Shown: positions 22,261-33,900 of the stretch, one piece after another
Numbering within the stretch: the stretch's first letter is position 1
How the letters are laid out: every line of letters starts with the position of its first letter
Virus record (IMG/VR): IMGVR_UViG_3300046787_000130
Span: 32,001-96,000 of that record
Length of the DNA: 64,000 bases
From: a virus
Reading direction: 5' to 3' (one strand)
The notes under the pieces: generated by a model
Told to the model about the DNA's origin: nothing
What the model saw: only the letters and a program-made list of their open reading frames with translations
The model's database searches: none
Position numbers and translations under genes: made by a program

Positions 22261-25200
22261 ATGGCAGATTTTCCAGCTGGTCCATATAACGGTCAAACCT
22301 TTACTGCTGATGACAGTACCATTTGGACATGGAACGGATACGCATGGAAGGCAACTGGCTGGTCCGGAACTGGCGGCAGTTCTCAAGGCGTACAAGGTAC
22401 ACAAGGTGCTCAAGGTTCCGGAAGTCAAGGCGTACAAGGTTCTCAGGGACTTCAAGGTTCTGGTGCCCAAGGTTCTACTGGTAATCAAGGCGTACAAGGT
22501 TCTCAGGGACTTCAAGGTTTACAAGGCGCTCAAGGGTTAGGTTCCCAAGGCGCTCAAGGTCCAGCAGGCGCTGCATCATCTCAAGGTGCTCAGGGCGCAC
22601 AAGGGTTAGGTTCCCAAGGCGCTCAGGGTCTTCAAGGTATTCAGGGTTTGCAAGGTCTTCAAGGGTTTGGTGCTCAGGGTACGCAAGGTGTTCAGGGTCT
22701 AACTGGACCTATTGCAGGTAGCAACAAACAACTTATCTTTAATGACGGTGGCACTGCTCAAGGCGTAACTACCCTAACATATGAAAAGTCAAACACTACA
22801 CTGTTCTATACTGGCAATGTAGTATATAATGGTACTACACCAAACATTGCATTTAGAAACGGTTCTAGCACCGAAATCTTAATGAGAATGTATCCGCAGT
22901 CTAACGGAACATTGTCTTTTGAAGGTAATGCTGGTCAATTATTCTCTATTACAAACGATTTAACTGGCTCTATATTTTCAGTTAATGACGTATCTGGTAT
23001 TCCTTCTATTGAAGTGTTTGCTAATGGCGTCATAGAACTTGCGCGTTATAATGGTAACGTCAGACTAGGCAATCTTGCTGTAACATATGAATCGTCAAAC
23101 AACACTACCATCTATTCAAGTAATGTTGTATACACTAGCAATATTGTAGACTTACCAACTGTTACTGTAACTGGTAATTATACTGTAACAGAAAACACTG
23201 CTGGTAAACTTATTATTGTTAACAACGGTTCATCAGATGTAACAATCACCTTCAATTCTGCTGCTACTGCCGGATTTGCTACTAGCGTATTCCGTAAGGG
23301 TACAGGTAACGTAACGATTGCAACTGGTGCTGGTGTTACCAAAATTAACTCAGCCAGTTTCATCTCTAGTAACATTGCAGCAACTAATGCTACTGCAACA
23401 ATTGTATACTCTGCTACAAATGAAATATTATTACTAGGTGACATTCAGACTAATGGTATTGGCGGACCTCAAGGCGTTCAAGGCGTACAGGGTCTACAAG
23501 GTGTTCAGGGTTTTGGTGGCACTTCAGGCGGTACTGGCTCACAAGGTTCTCAGGGCACGCAGGGTTCACAAGGAACTCAAGGCTTACAAGGCAACCAAGG
23601 TGCTCAAGGTAATCAGGGACTACAAGGTTTACAAGGTCTACAGGGTCGCCAAGGACCACAAGGACCACAAGGGTTGCAAGGACTTCAAGGAACACAAGGC
23701 TTAACTGGACCAATAGCAGGGTCTACAACCCAATTTATTTACAATGATGGCGGTGTTGCTCAAGGCACTAATACAGTAAATTACTACCGCGCTAATACCA
23801 CGATGGTATCAACTGGTAATGTTGTATTTACTGGTAACATTGTTGACTTGCCCACTGTTACTGTAACTGGTAATTATACTGTAACAGAAAACACTGCTGG
23901 TAAGTTGATTATCGTTAACAATGGCGTATCAGATGTAACCATTACATTTAACTCTGCTGCTACTGCCGGATTTGCTACCAGCGTATTCCGTAAGGGTACT
24001 GGTAATGTAACCATCGCAGCAGGCGCTGGTGTCACTAAGATTAATTCGGCTTCCTTTATTTCAAGTAATATTGCGGCAACTAATGCTACAGCAACTGTAG
24101 TTTACTCAGCAACTAACGAAATACTATTGCTTGGTGACATTCAAACTAATGGTATTGGTGGACCTCAAGGAACACAAGGTGTTCAGGGTTTACAAGGCGT
24201 TCAGGGTTTTGGTGGCACTTCAGGTGGAACTGGTTCACAAGGTTCTCAGGGTACTCAAGGCTTACAAGGAACTCAAGGTCTACAAGGATTGCAGGGACTA
24301 CAGGGACTTCAAGGTCGTCAAGGCGTTCAGGGTCCACAAGGACCACAAGGGTTACAGGGATTACAGGGTCTACAAGGAAACCAAGGAGCGACTGGTCCGT
24401 CTACTGCAATCAATGCTACACTAACAACTGGCGGTACAAACTATCGTCTAGTTGGCGTTTCAGCAACTGGCTCAAACCAAACACCATTTGCAAACAATTC
24501 AGTATACATTAACGGTGAAGTTCTTACTGCAACAAATCTAACCGCAACACGTATCACTAATGTATATCAAGCCGCAGGTGACGTAAGAACTAATCTTGGC
24601 GCACCATCAGTAGAAGAAAGTGCAATCTTTGACGGAATGTTTAGCAATAAGTTTAGATTCATTGCTCCAACAACGCAAGAAGAATCTAGCGACGGGACAA
24701 CTTGGGTATCTTCTTCTAGAGCAACTGCAACTCAGTTAGCCGATATGATGATTGGTGGCGGGCAAACAACATCATTTAATATTATTCCAGGTGGAACAAT
24801 TGGTGTTGCAGATTATTACAGACTAACTTGGGATGTAACGGCAACAACGTCGTATGTTTTCTTAAACCATTTCTATGCGTATATGTCTACGCAAGGAAAC
24901 ACGCTTACCTTTACCATCGAAGCATTTAACAATACAACTGCGACGTGGTCAACTCTTGCTACCGGTACTGGTTCTTCTTGGCCAGGGCATCACAGCATTA
25001 AGCACACTACTGTTGCTTACAATTCTGGCACGGGTTCTGCATCATATTGCGATAAGGTGAGAGTAACATTCTCCACTACAAGAGCGACAGTTAATTCTAT
25101 AATTCTTGGTGGCATAGAGTGGTTTGGTGGATATCCTGCTGGCAGAAGAACTGTAGAGTCTTACGACAGATACAAGAATATCACTCTTGCTAACGGCATG

Positions 25201-28200
25201 TTCGTAACAGGGTCTACTGCCAACGTCGGTATCAATACAGGAAGTCCAACAGAAAAATTACATGTTGTTGGCAACATTAATGTAACCGGACGAGTTCAAT
25301 CTCCAACTTCAACATACTACTTTGATGCCACTAATGGTAATGCTAATTTTACGAACGCATACTTTGCAAACTGGTATGGTGCAGATTCTGTATTAAGAAT
25401 AGTAGCAGCATCAGGAAGAACTTATTTTCCTGATACAGCAGGTAATGTCGGTATTGGTACTACAACGCCAACTTACACTCTTGACATTGGCGGTTCACTC
25501 AGAGCAAGCGGCAATGTTAATTTTACAAGCAATATTGTTGACCTTCCTTCGGTAACAGTTACAGGCAACTATACTGTAACTGAAAATACCGCCGGTAAGA
25601 TTATCATTGTTAACAACGGTGCATCAGACGCTACAATTACCTTTAATCCTGCAATAACAGCCGGGTTTGCGACATCGGTATTCCGTAAGGGTACTGGCAA
25701 TGTTATAATTGCTGCTGGTGCTGGTGTTACTAAAATTAACAGCGCATCTTTCATTAGCGGCAACATTGCAATTGCTAATGCTACAGCAACTGTTGTATAT
25801 TCAGCAACCAATGAAATTATTCTCCTTGGTGATATTCAAACTAATGGTATTACTGGACCTCAAGGAACGCAAGGTGTTCAGGGCGTACAGGGTCTACAAG
25901 GTGTTCAGGGTTTCGGTGGCACTTCAGGCGGTACTGGCTCACAAGGTTCTCAGGGCGTTCAGGGTACGCAAGGTCTACAAGGCAATCAAGGATTACAGGG
26001 TTTGCAGGGACGTCAAGGCGTTCAAGGACCACAAGGCTTACAGGGTCTTCAAGGTAATCAAGGTCCACAGGGACCACAGGGCTTACAGGGACTTCAAGGC
26101 GTCCAAGGACCGCAAGGATTACAAGGTCTTCAAGGCTTACAGGGCTTGCAAGGTCTGCAGGGACTTCAAGGTCGTCAAGGTGTTCAGGGTCCACAAGGAC
26201 TTCAAGGTTTGCAAGGCGTCCAAGGCTTAACTGGACCAATAGCAGGGTCTACTACCCAATTCATCTATAACGATGGCGGTGTTGCTCAAGGCACTAATAC
26301 AGTAAACTATTATCGTGCTAACACTACGATGGTATCAACTGGTAATGTTGTATTTACTAGTAACATTGTTGACTTGCCTACTTTAACCATTACATCTAGT
26401 TCATCATTTAGTGATAACGTTGCCGGTAAACTTATCATTGTCAACAATGGTGTATCTGATGTGACGTTAACATTTGCAACTGCCTTGGAAGACGGTTTTG
26501 CTACATCAGTGTTTCGCAAAGGAACCGGTAATGTAACCATTGCTGCCGGCGCTGGTGTTACAAAGATTAATTCTGCATCATTCATTAGCGGTAACATTGC
26601 GGCAACAAATGCAACGGCAACAATTGTATACTCTGCTACAAATGAAATATTGCTACTTGGTGACATTCAGACTAATGGTATTGGTGGACCTCAAGGTACT
26701 CAGGGCACTCAAGGCGTCCAAGGTTTTGGTGGCAGTTCAGGCGGCACTGGCACGCAAGGCTCTCAAGGAACTCAAGGTCTGCAAGGATTGCAAGGCGCTC
26801 AAGGTCTACAAGGCTTGCAAGGTCTACAAGGCTTGCAAGGTCTACAAGGTTTGCAAGGACGCCAAGGCGTTCAAGGACCACAAGGATTGCAAGGTATTTT
26901 GGGTCCACAGGGACTCCAAGGATTGCAAGGTCTACAAGGAACGCAAGGATTAGGTTCTCAGGGTCCACAAGGTGCAACTGGTCCTTCAACCCTATTAAAC
27001 GCTACTGCAACAACTGGTGGTACAAATTATTACGTTGTTGGCGTAGCCGCAACAGGTAGCAATCAAACTCCAACTGCCAATACATTATTATCATTTAATG
27101 GTGCAAACGTTGGTATTGGCACAACGTCGGCTGCAGCAAGACTTGATGTTAAGTCTGATGTTCTAGCAGGAACTCACGTTGCCCGAAACATGACAATTTG
27201 GCGCGACATTTATAATGGTGGCGGTAATGGTCAAGACCTTGTATTAAACTCTTTGACTAGTGGCGGCGCTTTTGCTGGATGGAATTTCTCTGCTGACTGG
27301 GATGGTAGACTATCGTTTGGTGCATGGTCTGGTACTACGTTTAATACAACACCAAATGAATTTCTCGTCATTCGTCCTAATGGTAATATTGGTATTGGTA
27401 CAATTTCGCCAACATATAAACTAGATGTACAAAATACTGCCACCCAATTAGCGCAGTTTATGTATGCTGATGGTACATACAATCCTAGAGTACAAATTAC
27501 AGGTTCTGCTGATGGTATCACGTTTAACGAAACGTATACAACACTTGCATCTAACCTTATGTTCTCTATTGCCGGTAGCGAAAAGGTTCGCCTCACTAGT
27601 GGTGGCAATTTAGGTATCGGCACTACTTCTCCTGCTGGCGCATTAGAAGTAATGAATGGCGGTAATCTCTACGTTCGTAGCAGTAAAGCGGCTAGTGCAA
27701 TTTCAGGAGGAAGATTACTTTTTGGAGCATATACCGGAAATCCATTTACAGGCGTATATGGATATGGAGATAGCGCAGATAATCAGGTACTGATAGGTGG
27801 TGGTACATCTGTAGGCGAACCTGCATCTGTTATTAGATTTTTTACTGGAACTATTGGAACTACGAGTACTGGCACAGAACGCGCAAGATTTGATATTAAT
27901 GGTAACTTGGTTATCGGCACATCATCTACGTTATCTAAACTACAAACTACAGGTGCAGCTGCGACAACTTCACCAACTAGCGGAAGTGCCGGAGGTTCTG
28001 GATTATACGTTACAAATGTTGACCCTGCTTATGGCATGATGTTTGGTGTTGCCGGTTCAGGCAAAGGCTGGATACAGCAGCAACGTTCAGATGGAACAGG
28101 TACTCAGTACGATTTGTCAATAAATCCAATTGGCGGTAATGTTGCTATAGGAACAACTTCATATTATGATGCAACGCTTACGCTACTAAAGACTTCTGGT

Positions 28201-28809
28201 AATTTTGTATTTGATATTGTAAACGGCACAGAAGCAGGATTTAAACTTCGCACATTTAATCATGGCAGTGCAACGCTTCAAGATAAAGTATTTACTACAG
28301 GTTTGTATTATGGCACTACGGAAAATGCATCTGTAAGATACAATAGAGGTGGTGGCGGTACTGACGGTTTCTTAACTTTTGCTACTAATGGTTCTGAACA
28401 AGTAAGAATTACTGCAGCAGGAAATCTTGGTGTCGGTACTAGCACTCCTGCATACAAACTAGAAGTTAATGGTTCATTTGCTGCTACAACCAAGTCATTC
28501 GTAATTCCTCACCCAACTAAGCCTGATAAGAAGTTGCGTTATGCATCTCTTGAAGGACCAGAAAATGGCGTGTATATTCGTGGTAGAGAGCAAACAACCA
28601 CCATCCAACTTCCTGACTACTGGGAAGCACTGGTTGATATGAACAGCATTACAGTTAACCTAACTCCAGTTGGACACTTCCAGACGCTTTCTGTTGTTGC
28701 TATATCTAATACGCATATTACGATTGGTTCTTCGCATGATGAGGTAGATTACTACTACACCGTATATGCTGAACGTAAGGATGTAGAGAAACTGCAGGTG
28801 GAAATCTAA
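22261..28809 (+). CDS. Modular collagen-like tail fibre protein
   Basis: G-X-Q blocks alternate with four copies of a ~100 aa module; GNVGIGTT repeats; C-terminal TTKSFVIPHPTK..LRYASLEGPE domain. Confidence 0.75.
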   Translation: MADFPAGPYNGQTFTADDSTIWTWNGYAWKATGWSGTGGSSQGVQGTQGAQGSGSQGVQGSQGLQGSGAQGSTGNQGVQGSQGLQGLQGAQGLGSQGAQGPAGAASSQGAQGAQGLGSQGAQGLQGIQGLQGLQGFGAQGTQGVQGLTGPIAGSNKQLIFNDGGTAQGVTTLTYEKSNTTLFYTGNVVYNGTTPNIAFRNGSSTEILMRMYPQSNGTLSFEGNAGQLFSITNDLTGSIFSVNDVSGIPSIEVFANGVIELARYNGNVRLGNLAVTYESSNNTTIYSSNVVYTSNIVDLPTVTVTGNYTVTENTAGKLIIVNNGSSDVTITFNSAATAGFATSVFRKGTGNVTIATGAGVTKINSASFISSNIAATNATATIVYSATNEILLLGDIQTNGIGGPQGVQGVQGLQGVQGFGGTSGGTGSQGSQGTQGSQGTQGLQGNQGAQGNQGLQGLQGLQGRQGPQGPQGLQGLQGTQGLTGPIAGSTTQFIYNDGGVAQGTNTVNYYRANTTMVSTGNVVFTGNIVDLPTVTVTGNYTVTENTAGKLIIVNNGVSDVTITFNSAATAGFATSVFRKGTGNVTIAAGAGVTKINSASFISSNIAATNATATVVYSATNEILLLGDIQTNGIGGPQGTQGVQGLQGVQGFGGTSGGTGSQGSQGTQGLQGTQGLQGLQGLQGLQGRQGVQGPQGPQGLQGLQGLQGNQGATGPSTAINATLTTGGTNYRLVGVSATGSNQTPFANNSVYINGEVLTATNLTATRITNVYQAAGDVRTNLGAPSVEESAIFDGMFSNKFRFIAPTTQEESSDGTTWVSSSRATATQLADMMIGGGQTTSFNIIPGGTIGVADYYRLTWDVTATTSYVFLNHFYAYMSTQGNTLTFTIEAFNNTTATWSTLATGTGSSWPGHHSIKHTTVAYNSGTGSASYCDKVRVTFSTTRATVNSIILGGIEWFGGYPAGRRTVESYDRYKNITLANGMFVTGSTANVGINTGSPTEKLHVVGNINVTGRVQSPTSTYYFDATNGNANFTNAYFANWYGADSVLRIVAASGRTYFPDTAGNVGIGTTTPTYTLDIGGSLRASGNVNFTSNIVDLPSVTVTGNYTVTENTAGKIIIVNNGASDATITFNPAITAGFATSVFRKGTGNVIIAAGAGVTKINSASFISGNIAIANATATVVYSATNEIILLGDIQTNGITGPQGTQGVQGVQGLQGVQGFGGTSGGTGSQGSQGVQGTQGLQGNQGLQGLQGRQGVQGPQGLQGLQGNQGPQGPQGLQGLQGVQGPQGLQGLQGLQGLQGLQGLQGRQGVQGPQGLQGLQGVQGLTGPIAGSTTQFIYNDGGVAQGTNTVNYYRANTTMVSTGNVVFTSNIVDLPTLTITSSSSFSDNVAGKLIIVNNGVSDVTLTFATALEDGFATSVFRKGTGNVTIAAGAGVTKINSASFISGNIAATNATATIVYSATNEILLLGDIQTNGIGGPQGTQGTQGVQGFGGSSGGTGTQGSQGTQGLQGLQGAQGLQGLQGLQGLQGLQGLQGRQGVQGPQGLQGILGPQGLQGLQGLQGTQGLGSQGPQGATGPSTLLNATATTGGTNYYVVGVAATGSNQTPTANTLLSFNGANVGIGTTSAAARLDVKSDVLAGTHVARNMTIWRDIYNGGGNGQDLVLNSLTSGGAFAGWNFSADWDGRLSFGAWSGTTFNTTPNEFLVIRPNGNIGIGTISPTYKLDVQNTATQLAQFMYADGTYNPRVQITGSADGITFNETYTTLASNLMFSIAGSEKVRLTSGGNLGIGTTSPAGALEVMNGGNLYVRSSKAASAISGGRLLFGAYTGNPFTGVYGYGDSADNQVLIGGGTSVGEPASVIRFFTGTIGTTSTGTERARFDINGNLVIGTSSTLSKLQTTGAAATTSPTSGSAGGSGLYVTNVDPAYGMMFGVAGSGKGWIQQQRSDGTGTQYDLSINPIGGNVAIGTTSYYDATLTLLKTSGNFVFDIVNGTEAGFKLRTFNHGSATLQDKVFTTGLYYGTTENASVRYNRGGGGTDGFLTFATNGSEQVRITAAGNLGVGTSTPAYKLEVNGSFAATTKSFVIPHPTKPDKKLRYASLEGPENGVYIRGREQTTTIQLPDYWEALVDMNSITVNLTPVGHFQTLSVVAISNTHITIGSSHDEVDYYYTVYAERKDVEKLQVEI

Positions 28810-29486
28810 TGGGAACGCGATATAATCCTGGAATTGTTACTAGCGGATTGGTATTGGCGCTAGATGCTGCCAACGTTAAAAGTTATCCCGGAAGCGGCAC
28901 TACTTGGACTGATTTAAGCGGATATAGGCATAATGCTACGTTGTTTAATTCACCAACCTACGCAAACGGTAGATTAACATTTGATGGCGTTAGTACATAT
29001 GCAACAATTCCTTCTACAGCTGCACTAACTACCACAACTCCTACAGTTATTGTTGGTTGTACTACGAATAGCGGCACTGTTTTAGCCAAAGGTGCATACG
29101 GAGTATATTGGAACTACGGTATATTAGGTGCAACTGGTAACAGCAATACAACATTTGCCGCTAGAAATAATGGCGGGGACTTAGTTAGTCCTGCGTTTGC
29201 AGCAACTACTACAGGTAGCATGAACATATACGGTGCTGTATATAATGGTTCTGCTTGTGTGTTCTATAGAAACGGTTCTTCCTCAGGCACTAACTCAACT
29301 AGTTACGGACCAAATGCAACTAACAGCCAAAATATTACTATCGGTTGCGCTAGAAACAATACTAATAGCACTAATTCAGAATTTTACACAGGAAGTATTG
29401 CATTTATATTAGTATATAATCGTGCGCTTTCTGCAGACGAAATGTCGCAAGTGCATTATGCGATGCGCGGGAGATATAGCGTATGA
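28809..29486 (+). CDS. LamG/concanavalin A-like lectin domain protein
   Basis: IVTSGLVLALDAAN.KSYPGSGTTWTDLSG...YNRALS..E..Q...RGRY. Confidence 0.75.
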   Translation: MGTRYNPGIVTSGLVLALDAANVKSYPGSGTTWTDLSGYRHNATLFNSPTYANGRLTFDGVSTYATIPSTAALTTTTPTVIVGCTTNSGTVLAKGAYGVYWNYGILGATGNSNTTFAARNNGGDLVSPAFAATTTGSMNIYGAVYNGSACVFYRNGSSSGTNSTSYGPNATNSQNITIGCARNNTNSTNSEFYTGSIAFILVYNRALSADEMSQVHYAMRGRYSV

Positions 29487-29511
29487 GTACTAAACCAATG
29501 GAGTTTATGTA

Positions 29512-30162
29512 ATGGGACTTGCTCACAGCCCTAGAATAGTCACTAATGGTTTGCGCGTTTGTACAGACATTAACAACGCAAAATCGTACTCTGGAAGCGG
29601 AACTACCATTACTGATATGATAACCAAAGGAAGCGGTTCAAACAACATTCCTAATTCTTATGTTTCTTGGATGAATGCTGGCGTAAACGCCGCATCATTT
29701 GTTGTTGTAATTAAACGGCTCACTAACAATGCCGGTTATGCGCTTAACCCATTCTTTAAGTATGCTGACACTACAAACAACACATTTAACATGTATATGT
29801 TTGGTAATTTTGCTGGCGCTAGTCCTGCTGATGAAGGCAGAATTATGTGGTATGCTAATAGAGGCGGCACTTGGGGTCAAATTTCAGGCAGTTATGTTAC
29901 TGCTATAAATGAAACTGTTATTGTACAGTTGCAATACAATTCCTCTACTGGCGGGCAACTTTGGATTAATGGAACATCAACTGGTTCTAGAACAGGGTCT
30001 GGTATTCTAGGTGGTTCAACAAATACATCAAACTTGACAATCTATACTCCAGGAACTTCTTCAGTTGCTACAATATACTATACTGCCATATATGACAAAG
30101 AACTTAGTTCATCTGAAGTACTACAAAACTATGCAGCACTTAGAGGGAGATTTGGGGTATGA
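29512..30162 (+). CDS. LamG/concanavalin A-like lectin domain protein
   Basis: MGLAHSPRIVTNGL...KSYSGSGT...YDKELSSSEVLQNYAALRGRFGV. Confidence 0.7.
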   Translation: MGLAHSPRIVTNGLRVCTDINNAKSYSGSGTTITDMITKGSGSNNIPNSYVSWMNAGVNAASFVVVIKRLTNNAGYALNPFFKYADTTNNTFNMYMFGNFAGASPADEGRIMWYANRGGTWGQISGSYVTAINETVIVQLQYNSSTGGQLWINGTSTGSRTGSGILGGSTNTSNLTIYTPGTSSVATIYYTAIYDKELSSSEVLQNYAALRGRFGV

Positions 30163-30902
30163 GTGTATACGGTTCTCCTAATATTGTAAAAAATGGATTG
30201 TTTTTATGCATAGACCCGGCAAACCCAAAATCATGGACAGGCAGTGGCACTAGCGTTGTAGATTTAATAAGCAAAAATTCTAATACGCTTGCTGGCACAT
30301 ATGGATATGATACTAGTTCTTATGCTGTACCTGTTATGACTATGAATAATAATGGAACTAATAGCGATGGTACTTTAACAGGAACCCCGTCTGTTAATTT
30401 AGACACTCTTGCGCAATCCTATAATTTTAGCGTCATGTTTGCAGTTAAAAAAAATTATTACGGTATTGGCGGAAATAACACTGGTGATAGCACTTTTTTA
30501 GAAGGTGCTACGAATGGGTATAACACTGGTTGGAGAATTACAGAAGGTCGAACAGGCACTCCAGGAGCAGCATATAGCAGTGCTCACATATTTTACTTCA
30601 ATTTTCCCGGTATTAACACACTATTTCAGATAACGGATAGCGGTTCTACAAACAGAATGTCTGTCGTAGGATTTACTGTTACATCTTCAACCATAACTGG
30701 TTTTATTAATGGGGCTATAACTACGACATCAAATCCGCAAACGTATGTTACGGGAACATCTTCATTTAGGATATCGCGTAATGGATACGGTACTGGTTCG
30801 TGGAACGGATTAGTTGGTTTCATTTATCTCTATTCTAGAGCATTAAGTCAAGCAGAACTGAATCAAAATTTTGCTGCTGTTCGCGGACGTTATGGTCTAT
30901 AA
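30159..30902 (+). CDS. LamG/concanavalin A-like lectin domain protein
   Basis: PNIVKNGLFLCIDPANPKSW.GSGT...YSRALSQAELNQNFAAVRGRYGL. Confidence 0.72.
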   Translation: MSVYGSPNIVKNGLFLCIDPANPKSWTGSGTSVVDLISKNSNTLAGTYGYDTSSYAVPVMTMNNNGTNSDGTLTGTPSVNLDTLAQSYNFSVMFAVKKNYYGIGGNNTGDSTFLEGATNGYNTGWRITEGRTGTPGAAYSSAHIFYFNFPGINTLFQITDSGSTNRMSVVGFTVTSSTITGFINGAITTTSNPQTYVTGTSSFRISRNGYGTGSWNGLVGFIYLYSRALSQAELNQNFAAVRGRYGL

Positions 30903-30905
30903 ATA
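30898..30905 (+). promoter_or_regulatory. T4-type late promoter
   Basis: Perfect TATAAATA 25 nt before the 30930 fibre gene. Confidence 0.8.
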
Positions 30906-30929
30906 AAGTATCTCTGAGAAAAAAAGACT

Positions 30930-33900
30930 ATGCCAACAAGTTATAAAGATATCATCATAACGCCAAATCGGGCATCTGCAACAGACAGCCCGAACATTTC
31001 GTTTAGAAGCGGTAACACTGCATCTAACACGGAAATTACTTTGCGCGTCTATCCTGAATCTAATGGAACATTGTCATTTGAAGGCAATGCAGGTCAGCTG
31101 TTCTCTATTACTAATGACTTGTCAGGTTCAATCTTTTCTGTTAATGACGTATCAGGCATTCCTTCTATTGAAGTATTTGCCAATGGCGTAGTTGAACTAG
31201 CCCGATACAACGGTAATGTTAGACTAGGCAATCTATCACTTGTATATGAAAGTTCAAACAATACCATCCTATATGGCGGTAATGTAACCTATACAAGTAA
31301 TATTGTAGACTTGCCAACGCAAACTATCACTACAAGCACTTCATTCTCAGAAAATTCAGCTGGTAAGATTATCATTGTTAACAATGGTTCATCAGATGTC
31401 ACTTTAACATTTGCTGCTGCTTCTACTTCCGGATTTGCCACCAGTGTGTTCCGTAAAGGAACTGGTAACGTAACTATCAATGCTGGCGCTGGCGTTACAA
31501 AGATTAACTCAGCCAGTTTCATTAGCGGCAACATTGCGATATCAAATGCTTCTGCTACAGTAGTATACTCAGCAACTAATGAAATTATTCTACTAGGTGA
31601 CATTCAGACTAATGGTATTGGCGGACCTCAAGGAACGCAAGGTGTTCAAGGTGTTCAGGGTCTACAAGGCGTACAAGGTTTTGGCGGCACTTCAGGTGGT
31701 ACTGGTAGCCAAGGCTCTCAAGGAACTCAGGGCACACAAGGAACCCAAGGTTTACAGGGATTACAAGGTCTACAGGGTCGCCAAGGACCACAAGGTCCAC
31801 AAGGGCTACAGGGTTTACAAGGCTTACAAGGACTAACTGGCGCAACTGGTTCTCAAGGTGCTCAAGGTCCACAAGGACTCCAAGGTTTACAGGGCAACCA
31901 AGGTCTTCAAGGTTTACAAGGACTACAAGGCGCTCAAGGTAATCAGGGACTTCAAGGTCTGCAGGGACTTCAAGGTCGCCAGGGTGTACAGGGTGCGCAA
32001 GGACCACAGGGACCACAAGGATTACAAGGTCTAACTGGACCAACTGGTAATAACATTATTGTTACTGATACCAGAGCCGGCACTACAACACCAGAAACTT
32101 TTGCAAGTCCAAGACTTGCTGTAGACTTTAAACAACTTTCAGCAGAAAGTTTAACTGATTCTGGTACATATTTTGGTGAGATTAGTTTTCGTCCATATGG
32201 CAGCACTACAGATTGGACTGGTGGACCTGCTCACCAATTAGGTTTTCCCGGCAGCGGTAATGTTTGGCATCGTTGGGGTTCAAGTACCACTTGGGGTTCT
32301 TGGACAAGAATGCTTGATACGCAAGACTTTAGCAGAGGTATGTCACTAACTGGTCCATTGACCGTATCTGCAAATGTTACTGCAACAAGCAACATCTTTG
32401 ACCTGCCTGTATTAACTGTAACTACAAATACTACCGTAGCCGACAATGTAGCAGGTAAGATTATCGTAGTTAACAACGGCGTATCTGATGTTACAATAAC
32501 ATTTGCTACTGCGTTAACTTCTGGTTTTGCAACTAGCGTATTCCGTAAGGGTACTGGTAATGTTATTATTGCTGCCGGTTCTGGCGTCACTAAAACCAAC
32601 TCAGCATCATTCATTAGCGGTAATATTGCAATTTCTAATGCTACTGCAACTGTTGTATATTCATCAACTAGCGAAATTTTATTGCTTGGTGATATTCAAA
32701 CTAATGGTATTACTGGTCCGCAAGGTGTTCAAGGAATTGCAGGAAGTAGTGCCGGTCAGGGAACGCAAGGTGCTCAGGGACCACAGGGTGCATTAGGTGT
32801 TACTGGTAACCAAGGCGCTCAGGGTGCGCAGGGTCTTCAAGGGCTACAGGGATTACAAGGTCGCCAAGGTCCACAGGGTCCACAAGGATTGCAAGGCTTA
32901 ACAGGTACAACTGGTAACCAAGGCGCTCAAGGCGCTAATGGCGCTCAGGGTACTAATGGCGCCCAAGGTACTACTGGTACAACTGGCAACCAAGGCGCTC
33001 AAGGTGCTCAAGGACCACAGGGTCTACAAGGCTTACAAGGATTAATTGGTTCTCAAGGTGCCCAAGGTGCTCAAGGACCACAGGGTCTACAAGGCTTACA
33101 AGGATTAATTGGTTCTCAAGGTGCCCAAGGCGCTCAGGGTTTACAAGGACTCCAAGGTTTACAAGGTTTACAAGGTCTTCAGGGTCGTCAAGGACCACAG
33201 GGACCACAAGGATTACAAGGTCTAACAGGCACTACGGGTTCTCAGGGTTCCCAAGGCGCTCAAGGTAATCAGGGACTACAAGGTTCAGGTTCTCAAGGTA
33301 CTACTGGTACTACGGGTTCTCAGGGAGCACAAGGCGCACAAGGTCTTAATGGCGCCCAAGGCGCTACGGGTACAACAGGTTCTCAGGGTTCCCAAGGCGC
33401 TCAAGGTAATCAGGGGCTTCAAGGCTTACAAGGTCTTCAAGGACGACAGGGACCACAAGGACCACAAGGGTTGCAAGGACTAACAGGCACAACTGGTTCT
33501 CAAGGCGCTCAAGGCTTACAAGGCGCTCAAGGTTCCGGCTCTCAGGGCACTACTGGTACAACTGGTAGCCAAGGTGCTCAAGGCGCTAATGGCGCTCAGG
33601 GCACTACTGGCGCCCAAGGTACTACAGGCACAACTGGCTCTCAAGGTTCCCAAGGCGCTCAAGGTAATCAGGGACTACAAGGTCTACAGGGTCGCCAAGG
33701 ACCACAAGGTTCGCAAGGCACTCTAGGTCCACAAGGACCAACTGTAGTTCCGCGCTCATCGACTACATCAACTCTAGTTGTAGGAGATTCCGGAAAATGC
33801 GTAGACTTAACGGCTGGCATTACAGTTCCTGCCTCAATCTTTACGTCAGGAGACATTGTAAGCCTATACAATAACTCAGCATCAACAATTACTATTACTC

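Noticed and set aside
15463-33207. Many alternative-frame and antisense ORFs rich in LE, KV or DL
   Set aside because: Frame shadows of the G-X-Q repeats.
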